Virus record (IMG/VR): IMGVR_UViG_3300009095_000014
Span: 1 to 64,000 of that record
Length of the DNA stretch: 64,000 bases
Source of the DNA: a virus
Taxonomy: Duplodnaviria > Caudoviricetes
Strand: one strand, 5' to 3'
Below the pieces are notes generated by a model. That model was not told the origin of the DNA and made no database searches. It saw nothing but the letters and a program-made list of their open reading frames with translations. The position numbers and the translations under genes were made by a program. Shown piece by piece: positions 9,713 to 18,644 of the stretch (position 1 is the first letter of the stretch; the number at the start of each line of letters is the position of its first letter).

Positions 9713-9757
9713 AAAGGGACTCGTCAATCATCTGATGAGTCCCTTTTGTCTTATGCC
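9713..9757. terminator. Hairpin followed by TTATGCC
   Basis: aaagggactc (9713-9722) / gagtcccttt (9737-9746); TATG at 9752, 22 nt before the RNase H start. Confidence 0.55.
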
Positions 9758-9773
9758 CCTAAGGATTTTAGTC

Positions 9774-11240
9774 ATGTCTTCCCAAGGTATCGAATTGAAA
9801 GCGGTTCTCTATGCAGATGGGGGCCACCACAGTTCACACGGTACGGGCGGCTGGGGTATCCACGGGTACACCTTTCAAGAAGTACCGCCCAAGAAAGGTA
9901 CCGGCAACCCCAAAGCTGTCCCCACTCATAACGGTTACTCCGCCGACCCGAGTGTCAAGGCCAACGTCACTGTGGTCAACTACGTCGAAGGGGTTGGCGG
10001 TGTCTGGCCCGCGAACAGTTCCAACCAGACCGAATTGACTGCCGCTAAGCAGGCCATGCAATGGGCCCTGACCGCCGATGACATCAAAGAGGTCAAGGTC
10101 TTCACTGACTCCAAGTATGTCACCCGTGGCATTAACGAGTGGTTGGATAAATGGAAGAACACCGGTTGGCGTAACGGTCAAGGCGATGAAGTGTCCAACA
10201 AGGACCTCTGGCTGACCGTGGACGAACTCAAGCAGCAGCTCGAACAAGCCGGCAAGGTGGTCAAGTTCGAATGGATCAAGGGACACGACGGTCACTTCGG
10301 TAACGAGATGGCCGATGCGTACGCCCGCCGTGGCAATATCCTCGGTATCAAGAACGATCCGTTCACCTTCCTGCGTACCAAGGATGCCAGCGGGTACTGG
10401 TCGAACAAGGTCACCTACAACCGACTCTTGGACAATGGCCGTTGGTACTTCAGCACCATCGACACCGATTACGTCTGTGCCCACGGACACATCTACTACA
10501 TCGGCGATTGCCCGGATGACGAACAGCACGGCAAGCCCACCACGGATTCGTGCTTGGCGGTGGTCATCCTCAAACAGCCAGAGGCGCCGCTGGAGCTGAT
10601 TCGCAGCAAAGCTATGGAGTTGGATACCCGCAAGTACGGACACGTCCTCTTGGGCCGTTTAGACACCCTGCTGAACCCCAAAGTCCTGGCCGAGCTGGAT
10701 GAGCACGGTACCACCTTCCTCGACTGGCGCACCCCGCGTCGTCTGGACATGATGACCTCACAACGTCGACCGGTCGTGAAAGAGATGTCACCCCCTGGGC
10801 TGGTCTATCTGGCCGTCGATGGTTTGCGCATGCTGGAGAAGAAACTCCTCGATGTACTCAACGAAACCAGCAAAGCCTGCCTGACCGACATCACTGATCT
10901 GTTCTTTGACAGCGTCGAGAAGAAAGGGGGTACCGAACGTAAACTGAAAAAGGACTTTACCCAAAACGTCAAGTACTTTGATGTCGCCATCAATTACCGG
11001 ACGACCAAGGAAAGTGAAGTCACCGAGGACACCCCGTGTCAGACGAAGAAAGCACGCCTGATTGTGGGACTGGACATGCCGAAGCGTAACATGCTGTCGA
11101 ATGTCGCGCCCGAGGTGAAACGAGTCGTTGTGATCAGCTGGCGGGAGTCTGACAAAGCCATCCGCTACGCTACGATCGTCGAAACGCTTTCGGGTACGGG
11201 GATCTGGGCGGGTATCGACGCCAACATCCTCATTGTTTAA
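9774..11240 (+). CDS. rnh: Ribonuclease HI with C-terminal extension (phiKZ gp155-like)
   Basis: Catalytic motifs YADGG, NQTELTAA, TDSKYV, WIKGHDGHFGNEMAD; start re-called at ATG 9774. Confidence 0.93.
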   Translation: MSSQGIELKAVLYADGGHHSSHGTGGWGIHGYTFQEVPPKKGTGNPKAVPTHNGYSADPSVKANVTVVNYVEGVGGVWPANSSNQTELTAAKQAMQWALTADDIKEVKVFTDSKYVTRGINEWLDKWKNTGWRNGQGDEVSNKDLWLTVDELKQQLEQAGKVVKFEWIKGHDGHFGNEMADAYARRGNILGIKNDPFTFLRTKDASGYWSNKVTYNRLLDNGRWYFSTIDTDYVCAHGHIYYIGDCPDDEQHGKPTTDSCLAVVILKQPEAPLELIRSKAMELDTRKYGHVLLGRLDTLLNPKVLAELDEHGTTFLDWRTPRRLDMMTSQRRPVVKEMSPPGLVYLAVDGLRMLEKKLLDVLNETSKACLTDITDLFFDSVEKKGGTERKLKKDFTQNVKYFDVAINYRTTKESEVTEDTPCQTKKARLIVGLDMPKRNMLSNVAPEVKRVVVISWRESDKAIRYATIVETLSGTGIWAGIDANILIV

Positions 11241-11261
11241 CTAATTCACATTGGTTTAGCT

Positions 11262-11648
11262 ATGAATGTTGAAGATCAGCGTCATGAAAAACCTCTGAGT
11301 CCATGGAACCGTGGGAAACGGATCATCGTGTTAACGGTATTCTTCCTTGGACTGCGAGGCATTGACACCCCAGGTAAGCAAGCACTGGAGGAATGCAATA
11401 AGCTTTACGGACTGGTCAACGATCCCGATGCATTGCGTTTCGCCAGCCTGTTGGCCCCTCGGGTATGGTCAGGTGAAACTTGGCGCCATGGCCTCGCCGA
11501 ATTGTCCAGTGGACATCTCAGTCGAGCCGTGCAACACTTTACCAAGACGTTACCCAGGTGGTTGCGTTATACCCGAACAGAAACCGATATTGAGTCGGAC
11601 TTACGGACGGCAGCCAGTCGCCTGATTCAGCATTACTCGCTTTGCTGA
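11262..11648 (+). CDS. Hypothetical protein
   Basis: 128-aa ORF filling the space between rnh and a hairpin. Confidence 0.65.
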   Translation: MNVEDQRHEKPLSPWNRGKRIIVLTVFFLGLRGIDTPGKQALEECNKLYGLVNDPDALRFASLLAPRVWSGETWRHGLAELSSGHLSRAVQHFTKTLPRWLRYTRTETDIESDLRTAASRLIQHYSLC

Positions 11649-11686
11649 CAGCATAAGGGAGGGTTTCGACCCTCCCCGTATGCTGT
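11648..11686. terminator. Bidirectional hairpin, CATA...TATG family, TTCG loop
   Basis: acagcata-a-gggagggt TTCG accctccc-cg-tatgctgt between convergent stop codons. Confidence 0.8.
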
Positions 11687-12534
11687 TACTTGCTCAGCAC
11701 CTTGTTGAGCTTGGTTACCGCTTGAGCCACCGAAGAGGTAAAACTGTCCAGGCGATAGCCGTGGGCGCTGTAGTACTCCACATCACGGGCCACGGCGTAA
11801 ATCACGTCAGAGAGGGCCTTGATGTAGTTACCCGAGATGCGCTGGGTCTTGTCGTTCTTGATGATGTCGATCAGGGTCGCGATCAGGTCGGTGATCTCTT
11901 GGACCTTCTTGACCAGCTTGGAACGGTCCAGAGTGGCGAAGTCATCGTTCAGGCGATTCAGGCTGTAGATGGTCGGTAGAACATCCGCGTTGCGCTGAAC
12001 CAGCTCACCGTAGGTCATGGTGCCTCGGTGCTGGCCCTTGAAGGAGTTCTTGAGCTTTTGCTGGACCTGTTCAAACTCCTTACTGTCGATCTTCGGCAGG
12101 CTGGCAATGACCGAGACGTTGGCCATCTTCTCCGGGTTGTTGATGGTCTGGCCAATGAAGATCGCGATCGGGTCCAATCGTTCTTTTACAATGGGCATGA
12201 CGATCTTTTGAGACTCAGCGAGGACGTTGGTGAAATCAGACCACGTACTGCTGAAGTATTCGGGCACCGGCAGCGCCAGCGACATCATGAGGCTGTAGTC
12301 CACCGTTTTCAGGTGACGCTCCAGATCACGGGTCGGTACGTTATAGATGTGCGGAGTAAAGATACTCAGCTTATTGCGCAGGTAGCGAACGGTATCCGAC
12401 ATGAAATCGGTCAGCCCTTCGGTACTTGCGGTCAGGGACTGGGACGGGTTCATTGCTTCCATCGCCACACGGTTGTGGTGGAAGCTCAGTTCTTCAAGGG
12501 AAACAGTGCTGTCGTCGCTGTTAAAAATATCCAT
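11686..12534 (-). CDS. Virion head protein with propeptide (phiKZ gp153-like)
   Basis: 282 aa; acidic N-terminus with SLE, AME and STE motifs matching the S/A/G-x-E cleavage specificity of phiKZ-type prohead proteases; position next to uvsX. Confidence 0.6.
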   Translation of the reverse strand: MDIFNSDDSTVSLEELSFHHNRVAMEAMNPSQSLTASTEGLTDFMSDTVRYLRNKLSIFTPHIYNVPTRDLERHLKTVDYSLMMSLALPVPEYFSSTWSDFTNVLAESQKIVMPIVKERLDPIAIFIGQTINNPEKMANVSVIASLPKIDSKEFEQVQQKLKNSFKGQHRGTMTYGELVQRNADVLPTIYSLNRLNDDFATLDRSKLVKKVQEITDLIATLIDIIKNDKTQRISGNYIKALSDVIYAVARDVEYYSAHGYRLDSFTSSVAQAVTKLNKVLSK

Positions 12535-12552
12535 CAGGTTTCTCCGGTTGAG

Positions 12553-12572
12553 TTAATGCGAACCCGCATTAA
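12553..12572. promoter_or_regulatory. 8-bp inverted repeat in divergent intergenic region
   Basis: ttaatgcg-aacc-cgcattaa between the divergent 282-aa gene and uvsX. Confidence 0.3.
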
Positions 12573-12630
12573 ACTTTAAGTGGGAATCAGATCATTTGCA
12601 AAGTAGTTTCTAAACTAAGGAGTTGTACCG

Positions 12631-14067
12631 ATGTCCTTGGCTTCGTTTAAGAAGGCTCCCATGCTTCGTCCCATGCTCAACGTAGGCTGTTTGTTCGACA
12701 TTCAGACTGGTCGCTATTACCGTGGCAAACACGGTGAATCCATCCTCAACGGCGGCTTCCCGCACTTCGAAGGCATCGTCGGCCTGCCGAACATGTTTAA
12801 GACAGCGATCTCGCTGTACAAGCTGGGGGCGGCCATGTCGCGCTACAGTCAAAGCATGCTGCAAGCCCACGACAGTGAGAACACCCTGTCGATCGGTCGT
12901 ATCGAAACTGCATTCAACGCCTTCCCGGAACTGGCCGAACTGGACTTGCACGATCCGGAAAGTGCTCGGTTCGCATTCTCCGATGCCAGTGTGTATCAGG
13001 GAAACGAATGGTTCGATGCGCTCAAGGAGTCCAGCAAGGCCCGCCGTGGCAACAAGGAAATCCTGCTGACCACGCCGTTCTATAACCACAAGTCCGGTCA
13101 ATTCCTCAAGATCCCCGTGCCGCTGCTGTCGTTCCTCGACTCGCTCTCGCACCTGTCGACCGACTCGGTCAACGCCATGTATGACAAGAACGAGATCGGT
13201 GAGTCCGGTCTGAACATGGTCAACATGAAAGGCTCGAACGTCAAGAGCCAGATGATCGAACAGATTACCAACGTCACGTCCAGTGGCGGTATCTACTCGA
13301 TCATGACCGGTCACGTCGGCGAGCAGTATCAGCTGGACATGTACAAGCCTGCTGTCAAGCGCCTGAAGTTCCTCAAAGGTGACCTGAAGCTCAAGAAGAT
13401 CCCTGAGAACTTCAGCTTCCTGACCAGCAACTGCTGGTACTGTGCCAGCGTCAGCATTCTGCTGTCCTCGGACAAGGAAGTGGAATTCCCGCGCAACAAA
13501 GAAGACGATATGAAGGGTGACACCGACCTGATCGCGGTCTCCGTCATCAACCTGCGGGGTAAACATGGTCCATCTGGCATTCCGTTCGACATCGTCATCT
13601 CGCAAAGCGAAGGCGTGAAAGTCGGTCTGACCGAGTTCCTGTACATCAAGCAGGGAGGTCGTTATGGTATTGGTGGGAATGTGCAGAACTTCCACATTGC
13701 CCTGTACCCGGACGTCAACCTGACGCGCCGGACAATTCGACAAAAGATCGAAGACGACAAGAAGCTGCAACGCGCTCTGACCATCACTTCTGAAATGCTT
13801 CAGATGCGCATGATGTGGCACCATCTCGAAGACGAACTCGTCTGCACTCCGGAGCAGCTCTACAAGGAGCTGAAGGAGAAGGGTTACGATTGGGATCTTT
13901 TGCTCAATACCCGTGGTTATTGGACGTTCCAAGAGGATAAGAATCCGATGCCGTTTCTCTCGACCATGGACCTCCTGCGCATGCGAGTAGGTAAGTATCA
14001 CCCCTACTGGTACCCGAAAACGCTGGAGGAAATGAACCTACCTCCTCTTATCAAAGATGAGGAATAA
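12631..14067 (+). CDS. uvsX: UvsX/RecA-like recombinase (phiKZ gp152-like)
   Basis: 478 aa; N-terminal RPMLNVGCLFDIQTG, P-loop variant GLPNMFKT, Walker B FLDSLS, MTGHVG; typical of the phiKZ-family RecA homolog. Confidence 0.88.
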   Translation: MSLASFKKAPMLRPMLNVGCLFDIQTGRYYRGKHGESILNGGFPHFEGIVGLPNMFKTAISLYKLGAAMSRYSQSMLQAHDSENTLSIGRIETAFNAFPELAELDLHDPESARFAFSDASVYQGNEWFDALKESSKARRGNKEILLTTPFYNHKSGQFLKIPVPLLSFLDSLSHLSTDSVNAMYDKNEIGESGLNMVNMKGSNVKSQMIEQITNVTSSGGIYSIMTGHVGEQYQLDMYKPAVKRLKFLKGDLKLKKIPENFSFLTSNCWYCASVSILLSSDKEVEFPRNKEDDMKGDTDLIAVSVINLRGKHGPSGIPFDIVISQSEGVKVGLTEFLYIKQGGRYGIGGNVQNFHIALYPDVNLTRRTIRQKIEDDKKLQRALTITSEMLQMRMMWHHLEDELVCTPEQLYKELKEKGYDWDLLLNTRGYWTFQEDKNPMPFLSTMDLLRMRVGKYHPYWYPKTLEEMNLPPLIKDEE

Positions 14068-14086
14068 TGACATGTAAGGTGAAGTC

Positions 14087-14386
14087 ATGCCTCGCGTATC
14101 TCAAGGAGCTGGTATCACCAGCTCCGTCTACAACCTCATTGCCGCTGAAGACCAAAAGGCAGCACAGCGTTTCAAAAGTTCGTTCGTTGCAGTGGGGGAA
14201 ACCCCCGAGCAAGAAATCGTGGCCCTGAACAAATATTGGCGTCTTCAACTGGGCGGGGTCCACGCCAACACCATTTCCGAACGGATGTGCCTGATCGATG
14301 AGATCAACCCAGCTGACTGGATGCGGCATTTCCGGGTCCACGTCCTGCCCAGTATTCTTCGTTTCAATCTTCCGGTGGTGGGGTAA
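14087..14386 (+). CDS. Hypothetical protein
   Basis: 99 aa; TAATG coupling to next gene. Confidence 0.7.
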   Translation: MPRVSQGAGITSSVYNLIAAEDQKAAQRFKSSFVAVGETPEQEIVALNKYWRLQLGGVHANTISERMCLIDEINPADWMRHFRVHVLPSILRFNLPVVG

Positions 14387-15072
14387 TGGGAAATCGAGCT
14401 AAAGCAACTGCATTCATCTTGAAGTACATCGCTAAGTTTGATCCCAGTGACAAGCAAAACGTCGAACTGATCAGACAACAGCTCGAAGCCATGAGCGACG
14501 AGCAGTTTGAGCAATACATGACGATGCTCCAACGACAGGACGGCGAGCGGCGCCCACGGGAAATCCTTCCCTATTACGCACCGAACCTTGCCAAGTCGAA
14601 GTTGAACATCAAACGGAATCTGGACATTGCCGAAGAACTCGGTCACAAGTTCTTCGAGCGGCTGTGGATCACTGACCCGCAGACCAATGTCACCTACCTG
14701 ACCAGTCACGCGCATTTGGTGGTCGATCTCCCGATACGCCGGCAGGCTCAGATCCACGAAAAGAAGGTGTCCATCCCCATGGACAGCAAATCGGTGGACG
14801 AACTGACCGGTCAGGTGACGGGTAGCAGTAAGGGTAGCAAACTGTCGTTCCCTGAGTTGCAAGCTCAACTGTCACAGGACTTGACCTCCACGATCATCGA
14901 AGAGATCAAGATCCGAGGCGGTGACGAGAAGGCGTACCAGGAATTCGAACGGCAGATGATTGAAACGGGTTCGGCAAGTCAGGCGCCATTGCTGGCCTTG
15001 GGTTCACGAGCCAAATCGTCAGAGACAGTTCGTGCACTGCTTAACGGCATGCACCTGTCGAACAACATTTAA
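14386..15072 (+). CDS. Virion RNA polymerase beta subunit, C-terminal part (phiKZ gp149-like)
   Basis: 228 aa; DELTGQVTGSSKGSKLSFPELQ...TIIEEIKIRGGD parallels the bacterial beta C-terminal GQRFGEME...LQEMLTVKSDD region; gene order after uvsX matches phiKZ-like phages. Confidence 0.8.
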   Translation: MGNRAKATAFILKYIAKFDPSDKQNVELIRQQLEAMSDEQFEQYMTMLQRQDGERRPREILPYYAPNLAKSKLNIKRNLDIAEELGHKFFERLWITDPQTNVTYLTSHAHLVVDLPIRRQAQIHEKKVSIPMDSKSVDELTGQVTGSSKGSKLSFPELQAQLSQDLTSTIIEEIKIRGGDEKAYQEFERQMIETGSASQAPLLALGSRAKSSETVRALLNGMHLSNNI

Positions 15073-15085
15073 GGGAGTTGAGGTA

Positions 15086-15304
15086 ATGACATTGGCATTG
15101 CGTTTGGATCTGGCGGAAACTTTCGACGAGCTGGCTGCGGTTGGTCCTATCCTCTATAGCCAGATTCCGAAACAACCGAACGATAAAAGCTTGTTGTGCA
15201 AACGTCGCATTGATGAGCTAATCGAGTCCGGTGTAGCTACGCTGCTCTGGGTCAAGGGTCGTCCGGAATTTGTAGCAGCGGTGGTGTCCAATGGAAACGC
15301 TTAA
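15086..15304 (+). CDS. Hypothetical protein
   Basis: 72 aa from ATG 15086 (GAGG RBS). Confidence 0.6.
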   Translation: MTLALRLDLAETFDELAAVGPILYSQIPKQPNDKSLLCKRRIDELIESGVATLLWVKGRPEFVAAVVSNGNA

Positions 15305-15737
15305 CACGCTCCTCGCCGAACGCATCCAGCTGGTCAACCAGATCTACGTTGACTACATGCTGGAACTGAGTGACAAACGCAAACAAGTCCTCGCGGATGC
15401 TCTGTTCAACATCCGGCAAATGCATCGGTGGTTCCATGTGTCCACCGATAATCAGCTGGAAAGCATCTGGCGCGAGATTCGTCAGTCGGAAGTGTTGACG
15501 GATTATCTCCTACACGGTACCATGGTGTACGAGCTGCGATCGGCATCCAACGCGGCCGTCAATGAAAGCGTCTTGGCAGATCTTGCGGCGGCATGGTCGA
15601 TCCATTCCAACGCCTGCCAAATCGACACTCAACTCCAGCAGCGTTGCCCAACCCGTAACCAAGCGATGAACTTCCTCAAGAACAACGCTTGGTTACGGTT
15701 CCTGTTGTTGCATGTGTTTTCTCGTCAGTCCATGTGA
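15291..15737 (+). CDS. Hypothetical protein
   Basis: 148 aa; overlaps upstream stop; GGTG-type RBS. Confidence 0.7.
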   Translation: METLNTLLAERIQLVNQIYVDYMLELSDKRKQVLADALFNIRQMHRWFHVSTDNQLESIWREIRQSEVLTDYLLHGTMVYELRSASNAAVNESVLADLAAAWSIHSNACQIDTQLQQRCPTRNQAMNFLKNNAWLRFLLLHVFSRQSM

Positions 15738-15760
15738 TTTTGAAAATACATTATCTAACT

Positions 15761-15804
15761 GCATACAGCTCAAGGTACGGTGAAAATCGTACCTTGAGCT
15801 TATG
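15761..15804. promoter_or_regulatory. Hairpin with CATA...TATG feet (terminator and/or late promoter)
   Basis: gcatac + 13-bp IR agctcaaggtacg / cgtaccttgagct + tatg; TATG lies 22 nt before the next start. Confidence 0.6.
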
Positions 15805-15822
15805 ACACTTACGAGGTTGTCG

Positions 15823-16566
15823 ATGAAACAAACGATTCTTTTGGACCTGGATGTTCTACTGGACACCCGCCTTGCCACATTGCTCCTGATGGACCGACAG
15901 GTGATGTCGTACTTTGAAAAGCCCGAGATGTACTGGCACCGCACCAGTGACAACTTTGAGCAGCTGACCAAGGGCAAGATCCTCAACGCTGACTTCGAGG
16001 CCCGCTACGCAGCGCGCGACGTTACCACCTTGCAAAACTCCGTGCTGACCAACATGGTCTTCCCACTGGGTGACCTGACTCGGCGGTTGCAGGGCGAGCG
16101 GGGTACTGGCCTAGACATTGAAGAGATTCGTGTCATCATCAACTGCTGGCCGTATAAACTGTCGCAAGAAGAACGGGACGCGTTGGCCGATGCGGTGCTA
16201 CCCTACCTCGCCATCAGCACCCAGTGCTCGGTGGTCAGTATCTCGCCGAAAGACCTGACGCCCATGAAGTTGAACAGCATCAGCGACATGTGGATCACGT
16301 ATGACTTCGACGGGTGGGATAAGGTACAGCGTCCTGTGTTGCTGGCCAACGGTATCCGTGACTACACGATCATGATGCCGAAAAAGTTCCTGACCGGCAA
16401 AGAGCCCACCAGGGCCGACCTTACCGATGAGTTCGGTACGATCGACCCGTGGAAGGCGCTGATTATGCTAATGCTGGAATGGGTACAGCTGGAGGTACAA
16501 CCGTTGATGATGTACTCGCGCCTGAATCACTCACTGTTGGATGCGACGCCGACGAAGTCATCGTAG
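15823..16566 (+). CDS. Conserved phiKZ-like protein with HAD-like N-terminal motif
   Basis: Start ATG 15823 (GAGG RBS); MKQTILLDLDVLLDTR (DxD motif). Confidence 0.65.
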   Translation: MKQTILLDLDVLLDTRLATLLLMDRQVMSYFEKPEMYWHRTSDNFEQLTKGKILNADFEARYAARDVTTLQNSVLTNMVFPLGDLTRRLQGERGTGLDIEEIRVIINCWPYKLSQEERDALADAVLPYLAISTQCSVVSISPKDLTPMKLNSISDMWITYDFDGWDKVQRPVLLANGIRDYTIMMPKKFLTGKEPTRADLTDEFGTIDPWKALIMLMLEWVQLEVQPLMMYSRLNHSLLDATPTKSS

Positions 16567-16988
16567 TTGAGAGATTCCACCCCGACCATGGTCTGGCCAG
16601 GGGCGAAGGCGATGCTGGTCATTTCAATCTCCTCGGGAATCTCCGGTTGGCGACTGACTTCAGCCAAGGGGTCGGTCTCCGCTGCCTCGAAGGGGTTGGC
16701 ATTGCCACCCAAGCTACCCAGGATGGCTTTGACGTTCTCGGAGATCTGCGCGGCCGTATCGGCTGCCTTCTCTTCGGTGATCAGCTTTCGGGTGGTCAGG
16801 GCGTTGGTATCCATGTCGCGCAGGACTTCGGTCATCATGCGCATCTCGCGCCGATCGCCGGGAACCCCTTGCACCAAGATACGATCCAACAGTTGCAGAC
16901 GAAGACTTTGGGTCGTCTCCAGTACGTCGTTGGGGGCAGTGGATTTGTTGACTACAATACGCTGGAACATTTCGTCAATCTTATCCAT
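16527..16988 (-). CDS. Hypothetical protein
   Basis: 153 aa, GGAG RBS; 3' end overlaps the convergent gene by 40 nt. Confidence 0.65.
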   Translation of the reverse strand: MDKIDEMFQRIVVNKSTAPNDVLETTQSLRLQLLDRILVQGVPGDRREMRMMTEVLRDMDTNALTTRKLITEEKAADTAAQISENVKAILGSLGGNANPFEAAETDPLAEVSRQPEIPEEIEMTSIAFAPGQTMVGVESLNYDDFVGVASNSE

Positions 16989-17033
16989 GGTATGGACTCC
17001 TAGGTTGTTGATTCATAGATTAACGAGGTTGTT

Positions 17034-17516
17034 ATGTTTTCCTGGCTGGAAAAGCTAAAACGGCGCTTTATAGTTCGTACAAGAATCGAAGATGTAACAT
17101 TCGATAACCTCGATCCGCTAACCGAGTATTTCAAGGTTTGCGACTTCAGGGCGTACAGCATTCGCCGAGCACTGGATACCGAACTCCACGTGTCCTCGGT
17201 CAATATTCACACATTGCTCAAGTGGCTTCGCACCGCAACAGCAACGATGAATAAACTCGACTATGTGCCTGTCGCATGGAAAGAACAGGATAAGTCGACC
17301 AAACGCCTAACCGTGGATGACTACTTGATCAAAGATGATTACAGCATCCATCCCACTGAATTTATCCACCAGTTGCTAGAGGAGGTTGAACACTTCAAAG
17401 CCAGCATGAATGCGGCAGAAGGCAGTCGGTATGATGTCTATTACGCCCGGATGTACAAAGTGGTAATGCTCGATGTTGTCGAAATAATGAAGGCGCTGTA
17501 TCGCGCTTCTATTTGA
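17034..17516 (+). CDS. Hypothetical protein
   Basis: 160 aa, GAGG RBS. Confidence 0.7.
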   Translation: MFSWLEKLKRRFIVRTRIEDVTFDNLDPLTEYFKVCDFRAYSIRRALDTELHVSSVNIHTLLKWLRTATATMNKLDYVPVAWKEQDKSTKRLTVDDYLIKDDYSIHPTEFIHQLLEEVEHFKASMNAAEGSRYDVYYARMYKVVMLDVVEIMKALYRASI

Positions 17517-17548
17517 TGTTGATGTTAATCCTATTTGGAGATGTTTAG

Positions 17549-17989
17549 ATGAGCCGCGAACTGAAGTCGATGCTGGAAGACAAGGACAAGAAGTACATGG
17601 AGTCTACGAACGCGCTGGCAGCGCTGTTTCGTAAAATTCTGACGGACTACAATGTTACCCCGATGTACTGGAATGACATTGTGACCCGGTTTTTTCGCAG
17701 CCGTTATTCCAAGGTTGCGAAGAATTCCAAAGACATTGGTCAGGAACGCAACAACTTCAACCGAGCAATGGCTCGACCGAAGATCACTTGGAACAATTTC
17801 ATCCGTGCCCTGATGATCATGGGTCCTGAATCCGTTGACATCCGTATCACGATGAATTGGAAGAAGGGTAAGAAGACCCAACACGAAATCACTGTCAAGA
17901 ACCTCTGGGACGGCCTTATCGTAGGAAACCAAAGCGAAGAGGACGACGGCTTCATTCCGGAGAAGCCGGCCAGCAAAGATATCAAATGA
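17549..17989 (+). CDS. Conserved phiKZ-like hypothetical protein
   Basis: 146 aa, GGAG RBS; LFRKIL...RNNFNRAM...ITWNNF motif. Confidence 0.7.
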   Translation: MSRELKSMLEDKDKKYMESTNALAALFRKILTDYNVTPMYWNDIVTRFFRSRYSKVAKNSKDIGQERNNFNRAMARPKITWNNFIRALMIMGPESVDIRITMNWKKGKKTQHEITVKNLWDGLIVGNQSEEDDGFIPEKPASKDIK

Positions 17990-18059
17990 GTAGTTGGTAA
18001 AATATTACCAATCATTTGACCAATCTGCCTTGGTATCTCAAGAATAACTGGAAATCGAA

Positions 18060-18587
18060 ATGAACGAGTCTGCCGAACAATCTGTCCAAATCCCCAACTT
18101 CGCGTTGGACGGTGTTGATCACATCAACATCTACTCCAAAGGCCGCACCCGACTCGGACGTCTGTGTAGTAACCACGCTGATATCGCAGTGGATCATCCC
18201 AAGTACGGGGGGTTCCGCACCATGGAAGGACTCTGGTACTTTCTGCGAACCGGCATGAAACATGACCTGCTTCGTATGCTGTCTGGTTATGACGCACGCG
18301 TTAAAGGTCGTGAGCTGGAAAAGGTCTGGAACGAAAACTTCACGCTGGAGTTCAAGATGGGCTTGGCCGCCAAGGTGCGCGACTGCCCTGAATTACAAAC
18401 CCTGTTGAAGGATTCGGACCTGCCGTTCGTTCACTACTACTGCTACGGCAAAGGTGAGAACTGCAAAGTGATCGTCCCCAAGGGTCACGAGTGGCAAATC
18501 GCCTTCTGGGAACGACTGCGGCACTGCCTGAAAGCCGACAAGGACATCAACCACGTCATCAATTCGTTGATGAGTCGGTGTCAATGA
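18060..18587 (+). CDS. NADAR (YbiA / T4 gp30.3-like) fold protein, putative ADP-ribosylhydrolase
   Basis: IYS...CSNHA...FRTMEGLWYFLR...LSGYDARVKGR...AKVRDCPELQTLLKDSDLPFVHY aligns by eye with the YbiA FYS...FSNFA...TSEHYFQAQK...AARMGR...AKFEQHAELRALLLAT motifs. Confidence 0.65.
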   Translation: MNESAEQSVQIPNFALDGVDHINIYSKGRTRLGRLCSNHADIAVDHPKYGGFRTMEGLWYFLRTGMKHDLLRMLSGYDARVKGRELEKVWNENFTLEFKMGLAAKVRDCPELQTLLKDSDLPFVHYYCYGKGENCKVIVPKGHEWQIAFWERLRHCLKADKDINHVINSLMSRCQ

Positions 18588-18601
18588 CGGTAGGGTAAAC
18601 G

Positions 18602-18630
18602 GGGGGACTTCGGTCCCCCTTTATTTTTTC
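18602..18630 (+). terminator. Intrinsic terminator, TTCG loop
   Basis: gggggac TTCG gtccccc followed by tttatttttt; the same 18-mer occurs inverted at 21683-21700. Confidence 0.85.
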
Positions 18631-18644
18631 TTTAGGAGGTTGCC

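Noticed and set aside
9629-9931. Overlapping ORF as an embedded o-spanin
   Set aside because: No signal peptide or lipobox; runs across a hairpin into the RNase H gene.
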